Shown: positions 46,157 through 56,522 of the stretch, one piece after another
Layout: the number at the start of each line of letters is the position of its first letter
Numbering within the stretch: position 1 is the first letter of the stretch
From: an uncultured Gammaproteobacteria bacterium
Lineage (GTDB): Bacteria > Patescibacteriota > Patescibacteriia > Magasanikbacterales > GWA2-37-8
Length of the DNA: 64,000 nt
Direction: 5' to 3'
Assembly (NCBI GenBank): GCA_964634875.1
Contig: CAZWKA010000003.1
Span: 85,928-149,927 of the forward strand
Notes under the pieces: generated by a model
What the model saw: the letters and a program-made list of their open reading frames with translations, nothing else
What the model was told of the DNA's origin: nothing
The model's database searches: none
Program-made: the position numbers and the translations under genes

Positions 46157-47567
46157 CAGCGCCTTCCATCTCGAGTTCGATCAGTTTGTTGAGCTCGAGT
46201 GCATACTCGACAGGCAAGGCTTTGATAATTGGTTCGATAAAACCCGCAACAACCAGGCGGATAGCCTCTTGCTCGTTGAGGCCGCGTGATTGCAAAAAGA
46301 AAATTTCTTCTTCGCCGATTTTGCCAATCCGGGCTTCGTGCGAAACAGTAACTTGTTCATTTTTAATTTTAAGTTCGGGAATGGTATTGGCGATGGCGTT
46401 TTTGCCAATAAGGAGTGCGTCACAGACCATGGAAGCGTTCACGTGTTCGGCTGCTGGCGTAATATGAATGAGGCCGCGAAAGGTATTGATGCCGCCATTG
46501 ACGGAAATGGATTTGGAAACGATTGTCGAACTGGTATTGGGAGCGGCGTGAATGGCTTTGGCACCGGTATCTTGGTTTTGACCGGGACCGGCAAAGGCAA
46601 TGCCAAGGCTGTCGGAGTGAGCGCCGCGACCGCGGAGAATTGACGATGGGTAGAGCATGGTGACACCTGAACCCATATTACCATTAACCCATTCAATCAC
46701 GCCGTCTTCGTCAACCAGCGCTCGTTTGGTATTAAGGTTGTAAGTATCTTTGGACCAGTTTTCAATGGATGAGTAGCGGACGCGAGCACCAGCGTGCACA
46801 AAAATTTCGACGCAGCCTGCGTGTAGCGAGCTCATGCCGTAACGCGGTGCGCTACAGCCTTCGATGTAGTGGAGTTTTGAGCCTTCGTCGGCAATAATAA
46901 GGGTGTGCTCAAATTGTCCACCCTGTTTCGCATTCATGCGAAAGTAGGCTTGCAGCGGTAAATCAATCGTAACATTTTTGGGCACATAAATAAATGTGCC
47001 ACCGCTCCAGACAGCGCCATGAAGCATGGTAAATTTGTGGTCATGCGCTGGCACACACTGCGTCATGAAATATTTTTTGACCAGGTCGGGATATTTTTGG
47101 ACAGCAGTGTCCATGTTTTCAAAAATAACGCCCTGCTCAGTCCATTGTTTTTTAAGGTTGTGGTAGATGATATCCGAATCGTACTGGGCACCAACACCAG
47201 CTAAAGCTTTTTTTTCAGCCTCAGGTATGCCGAGGCGATCAAAGGTTTTTTTAATATTTTCCGGCACATCTTCCCAGCTCGTGCTTTCACCTGTGTCGGG
47301 GCGGACAAAATAGGTGATAGCATCAAGGTCGAGTTTGCTAAGGTCCGGGCCCCACGCGGGTAGAGGCTTGTTTTTGAACAATTCTAAAGCATGGAGGCGT
47401 TTTTCAAGCATCCAATCCGGTTCGTTTTTTTGAGCTGCAATTTCGCGCACTAACGCTTCGCTCAACCCTGGCATAGCCCGATATTGGCTTTGTTCAGGGT
47501 TGGCATCATCGTAGAGCGAGCGATCGTCAGTAATTTTTGCGACGTTGTCTTTGCTAATTTTTGCCAT
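46149..47567 (-). CDS. sufB: Fe-S cluster assembly protein SufB
   Basis: 472 aa. SufB/SufD beta-helix C-terminal region. Confidence 0.85.
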   Translation of the reverse strand: MAKISKDNVAKITDDRSLYDDANPEQSQYRAMPGLSEALVREIAAQKNEPDWMLEKRLHALELFKNKPLPAWGPDLSKLDLDAITYFVRPDTGESTSWEDVPENIKKTFDRLGIPEAEKKALAGVGAQYDSDIIYHNLKKQWTEQGVIFENMDTAVQKYPDLVKKYFMTQCVPAHDHKFTMLHGAVWSGGTFIYVPKNVTIDLPLQAYFRMNAKQGGQFEHTLIIADEGSKLHYIEGCSAPRYGMSSLHAGCVEIFVHAGARVRYSSIENWSKDTYNLNTKRALVDEDGVIEWVNGNMGSGVTMLYPSSILRGRGAHSDSLGIAFAGPGQNQDTGAKAIHAAPNTSSTIVSKSISVNGGINTFRGLIHITPAAEHVNASMVCDALLIGKNAIANTIPELKIKNEQVTVSHEARIGKIGEEEIFFLQSRGLNEQEAIRLVVAGFIEPIIKALPVEYALELNKLIELEMEGAVG

Positions 47568-47638
47568 TGGTATAGAATAGGGATGTTTAGTGTCTCTAAC
47601 TGGTTAATCTTAGCTAATTTTAGCGATTTTGTCAATCT

Positions 47639-48343
47639 ATGACAGCTTCAGCACCCTTGTTCAGCCTTACCTTGACGCATAAGGCCGTTATTGCCCGCGA
47701 TGTCATTGAAATGAGATTCGCAAAACCGCCTAACCTTGTTTTTCGAGCTGGGCAATTTTTACAGTTTCATATCCCTACCGAAACCGGGGTTTTGCTCCGT
47801 AGCTATTCTATTGCCTCACCATCGGCTGAATCATACATCGATCTTTGCGTAAAGCTTTTGCCTGAGGGTAGGGCCTCACAGTTTTTTGCCAAGCTGCAGC
47901 ATGGTGATGTGGTAAAAGCTCAGGGACCCGAAGGTCATTTTGTCTGTAAGGAGGAGCACGCACCGCACAAGATATTTATCGCGACGGGCAGCGGTCTTGC
48001 TCCTATGGCCGCGATGATTCCAGATGAGTTAACCCGCCGGGTTCCTGGCGGTTCGGTCCAGCTTATTTTTGGGGTACGGAGCGAGGCTGATATTTTTTGG
48101 GCAGAGCGTTGGGAAAAGTTAGCACAGACAGACTCTCTTTTTACGTATAGCATAACTTTGTCGCGACCTGATCAACCCACCGGTTGGCAAGGACTCGTTG
48201 GGCGGGTTACCGAGCATGTTCCGCACCATCACCTTGAAGCAGAGTACTATTTGTGTGGCAGTCTTGAGATGGTCAAGGACGTGCGTAAAATATTGGTAGA
48301 TAAAGGCGTGCCTACAAAACAGATTCATTTTGAAATTTTTTAA
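47639..48343 (+). CDS. FNR-family FAD/NAD(P)-binding oxidoreductase
   Basis: RSYSIAS FAD motif. GSGLAP. CGSLEM. Confidence 0.75.
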   Translation: MTASAPLFSLTLTHKAVIARDVIEMRFAKPPNLVFRAGQFLQFHIPTETGVLLRSYSIASPSAESYIDLCVKLLPEGRASQFFAKLQHGDVVKAQGPEGHFVCKEEHAPHKIFIATGSGLAPMAAMIPDELTRRVPGGSVQLIFGVRSEADIFWAERWEKLAQTDSLFTYSITLSRPDQPTGWQGLVGRVTEHVPHHHLEAEYYLCGSLEMVKDVRKILVDKGVPTKQIHFEIF

Positions 48344-48845
48344 TTAGTATCTACTTACACTATGAGTCATGAAACTCCAGGTGCCGATGGCGTTGTCTTC
48401 GATAAGCTTATTATGAGCGAAAGCCGGAAGCAAAAACAGATGGGGGAAATAATGAGTCTCGCTATGCAGCACTACAAAGGGCGTGATTTACGCCAAGATA
48501 ACGAGAGTGGAAAAGTGTATATTCAAACAGACCAAGGTGAAAAAGAGCTCTATTTGGAAGAAGGAAAAATTTGGATGCGCTAGTTTTTTAAAAAAGTGCA
48601 TAAAGGCCTTGACAAAAGGTCTTTTTGGTACTATACTTTTGGCGTCTTTGAAAAAAGATAGAATCGTTCTTTACATAAGAAATGGAGAAGCAGGGCTCCC
48701 TGTTTGTGAGCGTTCCTGAATACGAAGAAAGACAGTCAAGTGTGGCTATTTTTCTCTGTATACGGGAGCTCCCCGGAGCTTAAAGCCCTTAATTCGGGCT
48801 TTCCCTACTTCACATTTCTTCAAGCACAAAAGGAGATCATCCTCA

Positions 48846-49417
48846 TGCGGACGCATGTCTTTGCTGGTGTCCTAGCGTTGTTCGCCCTTTTTGGCGGGTC
48901 TGCATTTGCGGCGTGTCACGAGACGAACGAGCATCACGCAAGGTTTGAGGTTTCGCTCAGCATGGGCGGGACTGTCTGGTTCAATCATTCACCGGAGGCA
49001 ACATTTGGCCTTGTTGTGGGTCACGCTGTCAGCCGCGATGGTTGTTGGTGGTTGCGGGGCGCGGTTGAGCTGTACAAGCCTATCGGAATTCATGCGCCTG
49101 GCCTAGCGGGAATCGTCTCGCTTACCAGACGCGTGCACCGCCTCGCTGAAGTTGGCTTCATGGCTACGGCTCTCATGCCGTTGTCGAGGGACGCTTACCA
49201 TAATCTTATGGGAGCCGACCATTCGTCGCGCGAACACCCGATTCTTGCGGGAGGACCGCAATTGAGGGTGTGGCCCGGACCGCTCTTCCCAACCGCTGTA
49301 ATCAGCCCACTGCTTGGGTATGGGCTTGGCAAGGCAGTGGTTGCTGGCGTTTCAGTTGAGTTTGAGTTCGACATTACCGGCCTCTTCACGGGGCGTTCTG
49401 TACACCCTAGGCCGTGA
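48846..49417 (+). CDS. GC-rich secreted protein (signal peptide MRTHVFAGVLALFALFGGSAFAA)
   Basis: Segment GC about 58%. Flanked by GGGAGCTCCCC-type palindromes. Confidence 0.45.
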
Positions 49418-49608
49418 TCTTCTTTTCCGTGCAAGAGTTCCACGGGAGCTTTCCAGCTCCCCGGTTACCAGAGCATATAAACTAATTGTTTGTTCTGGCA
49501 GACTGCACTCGTAAAAGCTTGATTTATTTAGCACTTTGTGCTAGACTTGCGCTGTACCCACGTAACCTTAATTTTACTGCTGGAAGCAGTTTTTTTGTTT
49601 AACATCGT

Positions 49609-51435
49609 ATGAAAATCCGTAACGTCGCGATTATTGCTCACGTTGACCATGGTAAAACAACGCTGGTTGACGCTCTTCTTCGCCAATCTAAAACTAAACT
49701 TGATAAGGAATACGCCGAAGTGACCACCATCATGGATAACAACGATCTTGAAAAGGAGCGTGGTATCACGATTTTCTCAAAAAACGCTTCAGTTGTTTGG
49801 GGTGATCCGACCAAGCCGGAAGATTTAACCAAAATTAATATTATTGATACTCCGGGTCACGCTGACTTTGGTGGTGAAGTGGAGCGGGTGCTTAAAATGG
49901 CCGACGGTTGTTTGCTTTTGGTTGATGCCAAAGAAGGCCCGATGCCGCAGACTCGTTTCGTGCTTAAAAAAGCTTTACAACTTGGTCACCGAGTGATTGT
50001 TGTCGTAAATAAGATCGATAAACCTGATGCTCGTATTCAATACGTGCTCGACAAGACTTTGGAATTATTCTTGGAGCTGGGAGCAAATGATGATGTTGCT
50101 GAATTCCCGGTTGTTTTTGCTTCGGCTAAAAATGGTAAGGCTGGCTTTGAGCCTGACCTTGCTACTATGACTGATATTTCTCCGATTTTTGAAAGTATTT
50201 TGAAAAATGTTCCGACACCGACCGGTGACCCAAGCGCACCACTGCAGCTGCTTGCAGTTTCAACCGTGCCAGATAACTATAAAGGACGTATTGCAATTGG
50301 CCGTGTGTATAATGGCACCATTAAGGCAAACCAAGATGTCATGCATATTGCTCGGGACGGAGCCCTGAAGAAATATCGCTTGACCGCGCTTATGACGTTT
50401 GAAGGTATGAACCGGGTGGAGGCCAAAGAGGCTGTAGCCGGCGACATCGTGGCTGTAGCGGGTATACCAGAAATTACGATCGGTGAAACGCTGGCCCAGG
50501 TAGATAATCCGATTGCCCTTCCAACACTCACGATTGACGAACCAACGGTGAAAATGACGTTTGAAGTTAATGATTCTCCGTTTGCCGGTAAGGAAGGGGA
50601 ATATAGTACCTCACGCCAAATTCGCGAGCGCCTCTTTAAAGAAATGGAAAATGATGTTGCTCTCAAAGTGGAAGATGGCCCAGAAGGTAACTGGATCGTG
50701 TCGGGTCGTGGTGAACTGCACCTTGCTATTTTGATTGAACGCATGCGCCGTGAAGGTTTTGAATTCCAGGTTTCTCGTCCGCAAGTGATTCTTAAAGAAA
50801 TTGATGGTAAAAAAATGTGTCCGTACGACCAGGTATATATGGAAATTCCAGAAGCCTATTCGGGTGTTGTGATGCAGAAGATGGGCGAGCGCAACGGTCG
50901 TATGAACGATATGCGCAGTGAGAATGGTATTATTTTTTATGAATTTATCATTCCGACCCGTGGCCTCTTTGGTTACCGTACAGAATATTTAACCGATACG
51001 AAGGGTATGGGTATTATGAATACAGTATTCTACGGTTATGACGAAGATCCGGGTAACTGGAAAGAGCGTAATCAAGGTTCCTTGGTTGCCCACGAAACTG
51101 GCGAAAGTAACCTATACGGTTTGCTTGGTGTTCAGGATCGCGGTGAATTGTTTATTGGGCCGAACGTAGAAGTGTACGAAGGTCAAGTGGTCGGGCAGAA
51201 TAATCGCGGCGGTGACCTCCGTATCAATGTCTGTAAGATGAAGCAATTATCGAACATGCGCTCGAAAGGGGATGGTAGCGCCGAACACTTCAACACTCCT
51301 CATACGATGGACTTGGAAGAGTCGCTTGAATATATTGGTGACGATGAGCTGGTTGAAATTACCCCGAAGAATATCCGTATCCGCAAGATGATTTTGAACG
51401 AGAATGAGGCTCGCCGGAAAGCCAAGAGTGCATAG
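49609..51435 (+). CDS. typA: Translational GTPase TypA/BipA
   Basis: [18 protein letters not shown] GTPase motifs. 608 aa. Confidence 0.9.
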   Translation: MKIRNVAIIAHVDHGKTTLVDALLRQSKTKLDKEYAEVTTIMDNNDLEKERGITIFSKNASVVWGDPTKPEDLTKINIIDTPGHADFGGEVERVLKMADGCLLLVDAKEGPMPQTRFVLKKALQLGHRVIVVVNKIDKPDARIQYVLDKTLELFLELGANDDVAEFPVVFASAKNGKAGFEPDLATMTDISPIFESILKNVPTPTGDPSAPLQLLAVSTVPDNYKGRIAIGRVYNGTIKANQDVMHIARDGALKKYRLTALMTFEGMNRVEAKEAVAGDIVAVAGIPEITIGETLAQVDNPIALPTLTIDEPTVKMTFEVNDSPFAGKEGEYSTSRQIRERLFKEMENDVALKVEDGPEGNWIVSGRGELHLAILIERMRREGFEFQVSRPQVILKEIDGKKMCPYDQVYMEIPEAYSGVVMQKMGERNGRMNDMRSENGIIFYEFIIPTRGLFGYRTEYLTDTKGMGIMNTVFYGYDEDPGNWKERNQGSLVAHETGESNLYGLLGVQDRGELFIGPNVEVYEGQVVGQNNRGGDLRINVCKMKQLSNMRSKGDGSAEHFNTPHTMDLEESLEYIGDDELVEITPKNIRIRKMILNENEARRKAKSA

Positions 51436-51446
51436 TAAATAAAAAA

Positions 51447-51474
51447 ACCACCCCTTCGAAGGGGTGGTTTTTTG
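51447..51474. terminator. Intrinsic terminator
   Basis: ACCACCCC-TTCGAA-GGGGTGGT followed by TTTTTTG. Confidence 0.8.
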
Positions 51475-51526
51475 TTGTCCGTTTTTCAAAAAAAAGCTAT
51501 ACTAAGGTACTCTCTTAATCCATGCT

Positions 51527-52543
51527 ATGAAAACAAAGATAACCATTTTGGGGGCAGGTAATATGGGGACGGCGCTTGCTCGCGTGCTGGGGGATAGCGG
51601 ACATGCTGTAACCATGTGGAATTACGCAGGGGATCCTGACCCGCTTAACCAGATAGCGGCTTATCATGAGAATAAAAAATATTTGCCCGGAATTACCTTG
51701 TCAAAGAATATTTGTGCTGAACATGATTTGGCCGATGCGCTTCGTGGCGCGCGATTAGTTATTTTGGCAGTGCCGAGCAGTATTGTGGAGCGACAGTTAG
51801 AAGCCGCGACCCCTTTCTTGCCTGCCTCTGCCGTTCTTGTAGATGTAAGCAAGGGTTTTACTGGTGTTTTTGATAAAGAAAAAACGGTGTTGAGTACTGC
51901 TGCCCAAAAATGGTGGAATAAGCGGATTATTATTTCTGGACCTGCAGTTGCGGCGGATATTGCCAAGGGAGGCTTCACAACTATGTCGATAGCCGGTAAA
52001 AATAAAAAAGATATTATTTTTGCGCAGCAGGTGTTGACGAGCAGTCATCTGCATTTTTTGTCGACAACTGATGTGCTTGGCATTAAATTGGCAGGCTCGC
52101 TCAAAAATGTGTATGCCATCCTTCTGGGGATGGCAGATGGGCTGAATCTTACTTTGAATACAAAAGCATTCCTTGTGGTGCGCGCCCTGGAAGAAATGTC
52201 GCTCCTCATAAAAAAATGTGGCGGGAAAGCAGAAACACCTCACGCGCTTGCTGGACTTGGCGATTTGGTTGCTACCGGATTATCACCCGTTAGCCGTAAC
52301 CGCCGTTTTGGTGAATATTTAGGCCAAGGATTGGATCGGGTTAGCGCAGAAAAAGCAGTGGGTCAAGTAGTTGAAGGTGTGCCAGCAAGTGAAGGTGCTA
52401 TGAAGCTGGCGCACAAGCATAACATACGGCTGCCGCTTGTTGAATTGGTGTACACAGCTGCTTGGAAAGGGCGCAGTCCGGTAAGGTTGTTTGAGAAAAT
52501 TTTGTCCAAAGACTATGTTCAAAAAAAAGGCCGTAGCCGATAA
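51527..52543 (+). CDS. gpsA: Glycerol-3-phosphate dehydrogenase [NAD(P)+]
   Basis: ILGAGNMGTALA Rossmann motif. GpsA length. Confidence 0.85.
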   Translation: MKTKITILGAGNMGTALARVLGDSGHAVTMWNYAGDPDPLNQIAAYHENKKYLPGITLSKNICAEHDLADALRGARLVILAVPSSIVERQLEAATPFLPASAVLVDVSKGFTGVFDKEKTVLSTAAQKWWNKRIIISGPAVAADIAKGGFTTMSIAGKNKKDIIFAQQVLTSSHLHFLSTTDVLGIKLAGSLKNVYAILLGMADGLNLTLNTKAFLVVRALEEMSLLIKKCGGKAETPHALAGLGDLVATGLSPVSRNRRFGEYLGQGLDRVSAEKAVGQVVEGVPASEGAMKLAHKHNIRLPLVELVYTAAWKGRSPVRLFEKILSKDYVQKKGRSR

Positions 52544-54242
52544 CCACTTGCGGGTTATCTCGATCGTGTTTTTGGTCATTGCCCTCTGGGTACTGGGTCG
52601 GCTTTTTTTTCTGCAGGTTTTGCAGCATGATTATTACAGCTTGTTCGCCCTTAATACGCATGAAATTTATGAAACCCTCCATCCGCAGCGTGGCACTATT
52701 TATGTTCAAGATGCCGCTGGTGAGGAGTACCCGGTGGCGGTGAACAAACAATTTTACCAGGTGTATGCCGTGCCAAAAGAATTTGAGAAAGGCACTGCCT
52801 CAACGACAGCTGCTCAACTAATCGAGATCTTGGGCATAACCGACCAAACAAAAAAAGACCGTTTATTTAACCGTCTTAGTAAAGAAGATGATCTGTACGA
52901 AGCAGTTGAGCGAAAAGTGCCCGAAGAATTGGCTGATAAAGCAACGGCGCTTAAAGGTGTACATAGTACGCCGGAACAATACCGTTTTTATCCCGAGCAA
53001 AATTTGGGTGCGGCAGTTTTTGGTTTCTGTGGTTTGAATGATGATGGTAATAGTGTTGGGCGTTATGGCCTGGAAGCGTATTGGGATGATAAATTGGCTG
53101 GCACACCAGGTTTCCGAATGGGAGAACGCGGCGCCTTTGGCAGTTGGATCACGACGGCGGGTATGACGCTTAACCCTTCGCACAATGGCGCTGATTTGCT
53201 CCTGACGATTGATCGGACATTACAATATACTGCCTGCAAGAGGCTTCAGGAGGGCTTGGTCGAGTTTGGTGCCCAGCGGGCAGCACTCGTTATGATGGAT
53301 CCGAAGACCGGTGCAGTATTGGCGATGTGTAGTTTGCCGGATTTTGATCCGAATAATTTTTCAAAAACACCGGACATTGACGCTTTCAATAATCAGGCGA
53401 TTTTTACTCCGTATGAACCTGGTTCGGTTTTTAAGCCGATTACGATGGCGCTGGCGATCGATGCTGGCTTGGTGCGCCCGGAAACGACTTTTACTGATCC
53501 GTGCGAGCGAAAAATTGACCGTTTTACCATTCGCAACGCTCTGCGCAAATGTTATGGTCTTCAGACAATGACCCAGGTATTGGAAAATTCGATTAATACT
53601 GGCATGATTTGGATTCAAGAAAAACTTGGGCGTGCTGCATTCCAGGCTGGGGTTGCTAAATTTGGTTTTGGACAAAAAACAGGTATTACGCTCAGCACTG
53701 AAATTGCCGGGGATATTTCGTCACTCGATAAAAAAAATTCGCCTATTTACGGTGCGGTTGGTTCGTTTGGTCAGGGGCTCACAGCGACTCCTATCCAGTT
53801 GGCAACAGCCTATTCAGCGCTGGTTAACAATGGTAAGCTTCCCAAACCCTATATTGTTGAGGAAATCCGTTATCCTGATGGGAGCACTGAAAAAACCAAG
53901 CCTTATATTATCGATACGGTTATTTCAGACAGGGCATCGCAGCTAATCCGCGGCATGCTGGTTTCGGTTGTAGAGAATGGTTCAAGTTACATAAAGACAA
54001 AATTACCTGATTACTATGTGGGTGGTAAAACTGGTACGGCTCAGATCCCTGGCAAGGGTGGGTATACAGACGAAACAAACCACACCTTTGTCGGGTTTGG
54101 GGCAGCAAACGACCCGCGTTTTGTACTTGTGGTAAAATATGAAAAACCAGCCCGGCAATGGGCAGAATCTACCGCTGCTCCAGTATTTAAAGATATTATG
54201 CAGTTTGCCCTGCAGTACTATGGTATTGCGCCCGAGCGCTAG
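52515..54242 (+). CDS. Class B penicillin-binding protein (PBP2/FtsI-type transpeptidase)
   Basis: N-terminal TM helix. SVFK (SxxK), SNT-like and KTGTA motifs. Confidence 0.8.
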   Translation: MFKKKAVADNHLRVISIVFLVIALWVLGRLFFLQVLQHDYYSLFALNTHEIYETLHPQRGTIYVQDAAGEEYPVAVNKQFYQVYAVPKEFEKGTASTTAAQLIEILGITDQTKKDRLFNRLSKEDDLYEAVERKVPEELADKATALKGVHSTPEQYRFYPEQNLGAAVFGFCGLNDDGNSVGRYGLEAYWDDKLAGTPGFRMGERGAFGSWITTAGMTLNPSHNGADLLLTIDRTLQYTACKRLQEGLVEFGAQRAALVMMDPKTGAVLAMCSLPDFDPNNFSKTPDIDAFNNQAIFTPYEPGSVFKPITMALAIDAGLVRPETTFTDPCERKIDRFTIRNALRKCYGLQTMTQVLENSINTGMIWIQEKLGRAAFQAGVAKFGFGQKTGITLSTEIAGDISSLDKKNSPIYGAVGSFGQGLTATPIQLATAYSALVNNGKLPKPYIVEEIRYPDGSTEKTKPYIIDTVISDRASQLIRGMLVSVVENGSSYIKTKLPDYYVGGKTGTAQIPGKGGYTDETNHTFVGFGAANDPRFVLVVKYEKPARQWAESTAAPVFKDIMQFALQYYGIAPER

Positions 54243-54301
54243 GGGGAGAAAAGCGAAAAGGTAAAAATAATATTTTGAGTTTTTAGTTTTACGTTTGTAT
54301 T

Positions 54302-55588
54302 ATGTCAAAAACTTTCTTGCAAAAAATTCTCGCGACGCTTTCTAAAAAAATTCTCGCTAAGTATAAGCCGAAAGTGGTTGGTATAACTGGTTCGGTTGGT
54401 AAGACCACTGCCAAAGAAATGACTGCGGCGGTTTTGGCCGGACGTTTCCGTGTTGGCGCAACGAGTAAAAACAACAACAATGAAATTGGCGTACCGCTTG
54501 CAATCATTGGTGTTTACAATGCCCCCGGCTCATCATTTTTTGCTTGGGCGGGCGCTCTCCTGAAGGGGTTGGGTTTGCTTGTGTTTACCAGTAAAAACTA
54601 TCCCGAGGTGCTTGTTTTAGAAATGGGCGCAGATAAACCGGGTGATATCCGGTATCTGGTTGATTTGGCGCCATGCACCGTGGGTGTTTTGACGTGGATT
54701 TCACATGCGCATACGGAGTTTTTTAAGACCCTCAAACAAATTGCGGAAGAGAAGAAAAAAATTGTTTCACATCTCGATAAGACGGGCTGGGCAGTCTTAA
54801 ATTTTGACAACGAATTAGTTCGTGAGACGGCCTCGGCAACCAAAGCGACTGTTATTTCTTATGGGTTTAAGGACGGTGCTGACCTGCGCGCGACTGACCT
54901 TAGGATTTTGTATGACCAGAGTACGAATTGGCCAAGCGGTATTAATTGTAAAATTAATTTTAAGGGCCACAGTGTGCCTTTGTTTTTTCCAGGAGTCATT
55001 GCTGAGCACATTATTTGTTCGAGCTTGGCTGCCCTTGCGGTTGGGGATGTATTTGGTATTAATTTAGTTGAAGCAGCAGCTGCTCTGACCTCGGCTGAGC
55101 CGCCCAAGGGCAGGATGCGGCTTTTGAAAGGCGTAAAAGATACCTTGCTTATTGATGATACCTACAACTCAAGCCCCGATGCTACCAAGTCGGCGCTTAA
55201 GACCTTGGCTGGGTTACAAAAATCTGCTGGAAAGCGCTATGCCGTTTTGGGAGATATGCTTGAGCTTGGCGCAGAGACTGAAGCGGCTCACCGCGAAATT
55301 GGTTTTGCCGTAGCTGAAGGTGATATTGATTATTTAATTACGGTGGGTGAAGCCAGTAAAGCGACGTGCCGAGCCGCGGAAGAAGCCGGGTTATCAAGCG
55401 ATCAGATAGCGGCCTTTGCAGATAGTGTTTCGGCGGGCAGATTTTTGCAAGAGAAAATAAAAGAAGGGGACATGGTTTTGGTTAAAGGTTCGCAGGGTAT
55501 TCGGATGGAACGGGTAGTTAAAGAAGTGATGCAAGATCCGCTTGAGGCTGAACGCTTGTTGGTTAGGCAGAGTAGGGAATGGAAGTAG
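54302..55588 (+). CDS. Mur ligase, MurF-like (short N-terminus)
   Basis: GITGSVGKTT P-loop at residue 28. IDDTYNSSPDATKSAL (MurF IDDSYNANP-like). Confidence 0.65.
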   Translation: MSKTFLQKILATLSKKILAKYKPKVVGITGSVGKTTAKEMTAAVLAGRFRVGATSKNNNNEIGVPLAIIGVYNAPGSSFFAWAGALLKGLGLLVFTSKNYPEVLVLEMGADKPGDIRYLVDLAPCTVGVLTWISHAHTEFFKTLKQIAEEKKKIVSHLDKTGWAVLNFDNELVRETASATKATVISYGFKDGADLRATDLRILYDQSTNWPSGINCKINFKGHSVPLFFPGVIAEHIICSSLAALAVGDVFGINLVEAAAALTSAEPPKGRMRLLKGVKDTLLIDDTYNSSPDATKSALKTLAGLQKSAGKRYAVLGDMLELGAETEAAHREIGFAVAEGDIDYLITVGEASKATCRAAEEAGLSSDQIAAFADSVSAGRFLQEKIKEGDMVLVKGSQGIRMERVVKEVMQDPLEAERLLVRQSREWK

Positions 55589-55659
55589 TTTTGGGTTGAC
55601 GATCTTGATAGATTATGGTATTTTCCTTCTGCTTAAGCGCTTGCCTTGGCAAGCAATTT

Positions 55660-55731
55660 GGCCCGTTCGTCTATCAGTTAGGACAGTGCCCTCTCACGGC
55701 GCAAAGACGGGTGCGATTCCCGTACGGGCTA
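55660..55731 (+). tRNA. tRNA-like element (possible non-canonical tRNA-Glu, anticodon CTC, no CCA) or tRNA-derived fragment
   Basis: Folds into a 72 nt cloverleaf. 7 bp acceptor GGCCCGT/ACGGGCT. Anticodon stem GTGCC/GGCGC with loop CTCTCAC. T-arm ACGGG-TGCGATT-CCCGT. The D-arm is weak and position 55 is G. Confidence 0.3.
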
Positions 55732-55761
55732 CAAAACAGTGCGCACAGAGGTTCCGAGAGA

Positions 55762-55792
55762 CCGGGACGGCCTTATAGCCGTCCCGGTTTTG
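55762..55792 (+). terminator. Intrinsic terminator
   Basis: CCGGGACGGC-cttata-GCCGTCCCGG followed by TTTTG. Confidence 0.7.
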
Positions 55793-56041
55793 TAATTGCT
55801 TCAATTACTTAATTAAAGGCATGCTAGGTTTGTTATAAAATTTAAGCTCACGCAATACAAAAGAATCCTGGTGGTCGTCTTATATTTGTTGGCTCTTTTG
55901 CTATTTATAGTTTTATCGGTGGTAATCTCAATAGTTTAGTTTGGAGCAGTAATTCTGACTCAAGTATTTGGTTTTATTCAGGAGCGTTCATGGTTATTTT
56001 GGGCGGTTCCAGGCTCTGTTCGAAAAATATGGAATCAAGAG

Positions 56042-56413
56042 TTGTTATTGTCTGATGCTCGAAAAAATTTGGCACCAGAAGAATTAATAGTTTTTGAAAA
56101 GATATATAACTTCTGTAAGAATAATGGTGCAGAGATAAACTTTGGTACCGGCTCAAATGGATCTTTTAGTCCAATCTTTTCTGTACTTTCTAAAAAATCT
56201 CTTTTTACCCTCTCTACGAGAAATCGTCTTAGGTTTAATTTTAAATGGGTGGCAGCTGATAATCCACGTTTTGCTTATAAGCTTGGTAAGATGTTTTACG
56301 AAGCTGGATTTAAATTTCCTCAGAACTATGAGGAGCTACATCCGAGTTTTTCTGCCCAAGAGTGGTCACATATGGCTGATCGTATTCCAGTGATTATTGG
56401 TAGGTTGTTGTAA
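56042..56413 (+). CDS. Hypothetical protein (123 aa) in the AT-rich island
   Basis: ORF only. Confidence 0.4.
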   Translation: MLLSDARKNLAPEELIVFEKIYNFCKNNGAEINFGTGSNGSFSPIFSVLSKKSLFTLSTRNRLRFNFKWVAADNPRFAYKLGKMFYEAGFKFPQNYEELHPSFSAQEWSHMADRIPVIIGRLL

Positions 56414-56522
56414 CAATACAGAAATTGGCGATTAAAACGAGGCCAGTTGCCTCGTTTTACCTTTACTAAGTCGATAAATAGGCGTAGATTAAAGAAAAAT
56501 TTAAGCTATTCGTAGAATTTAT

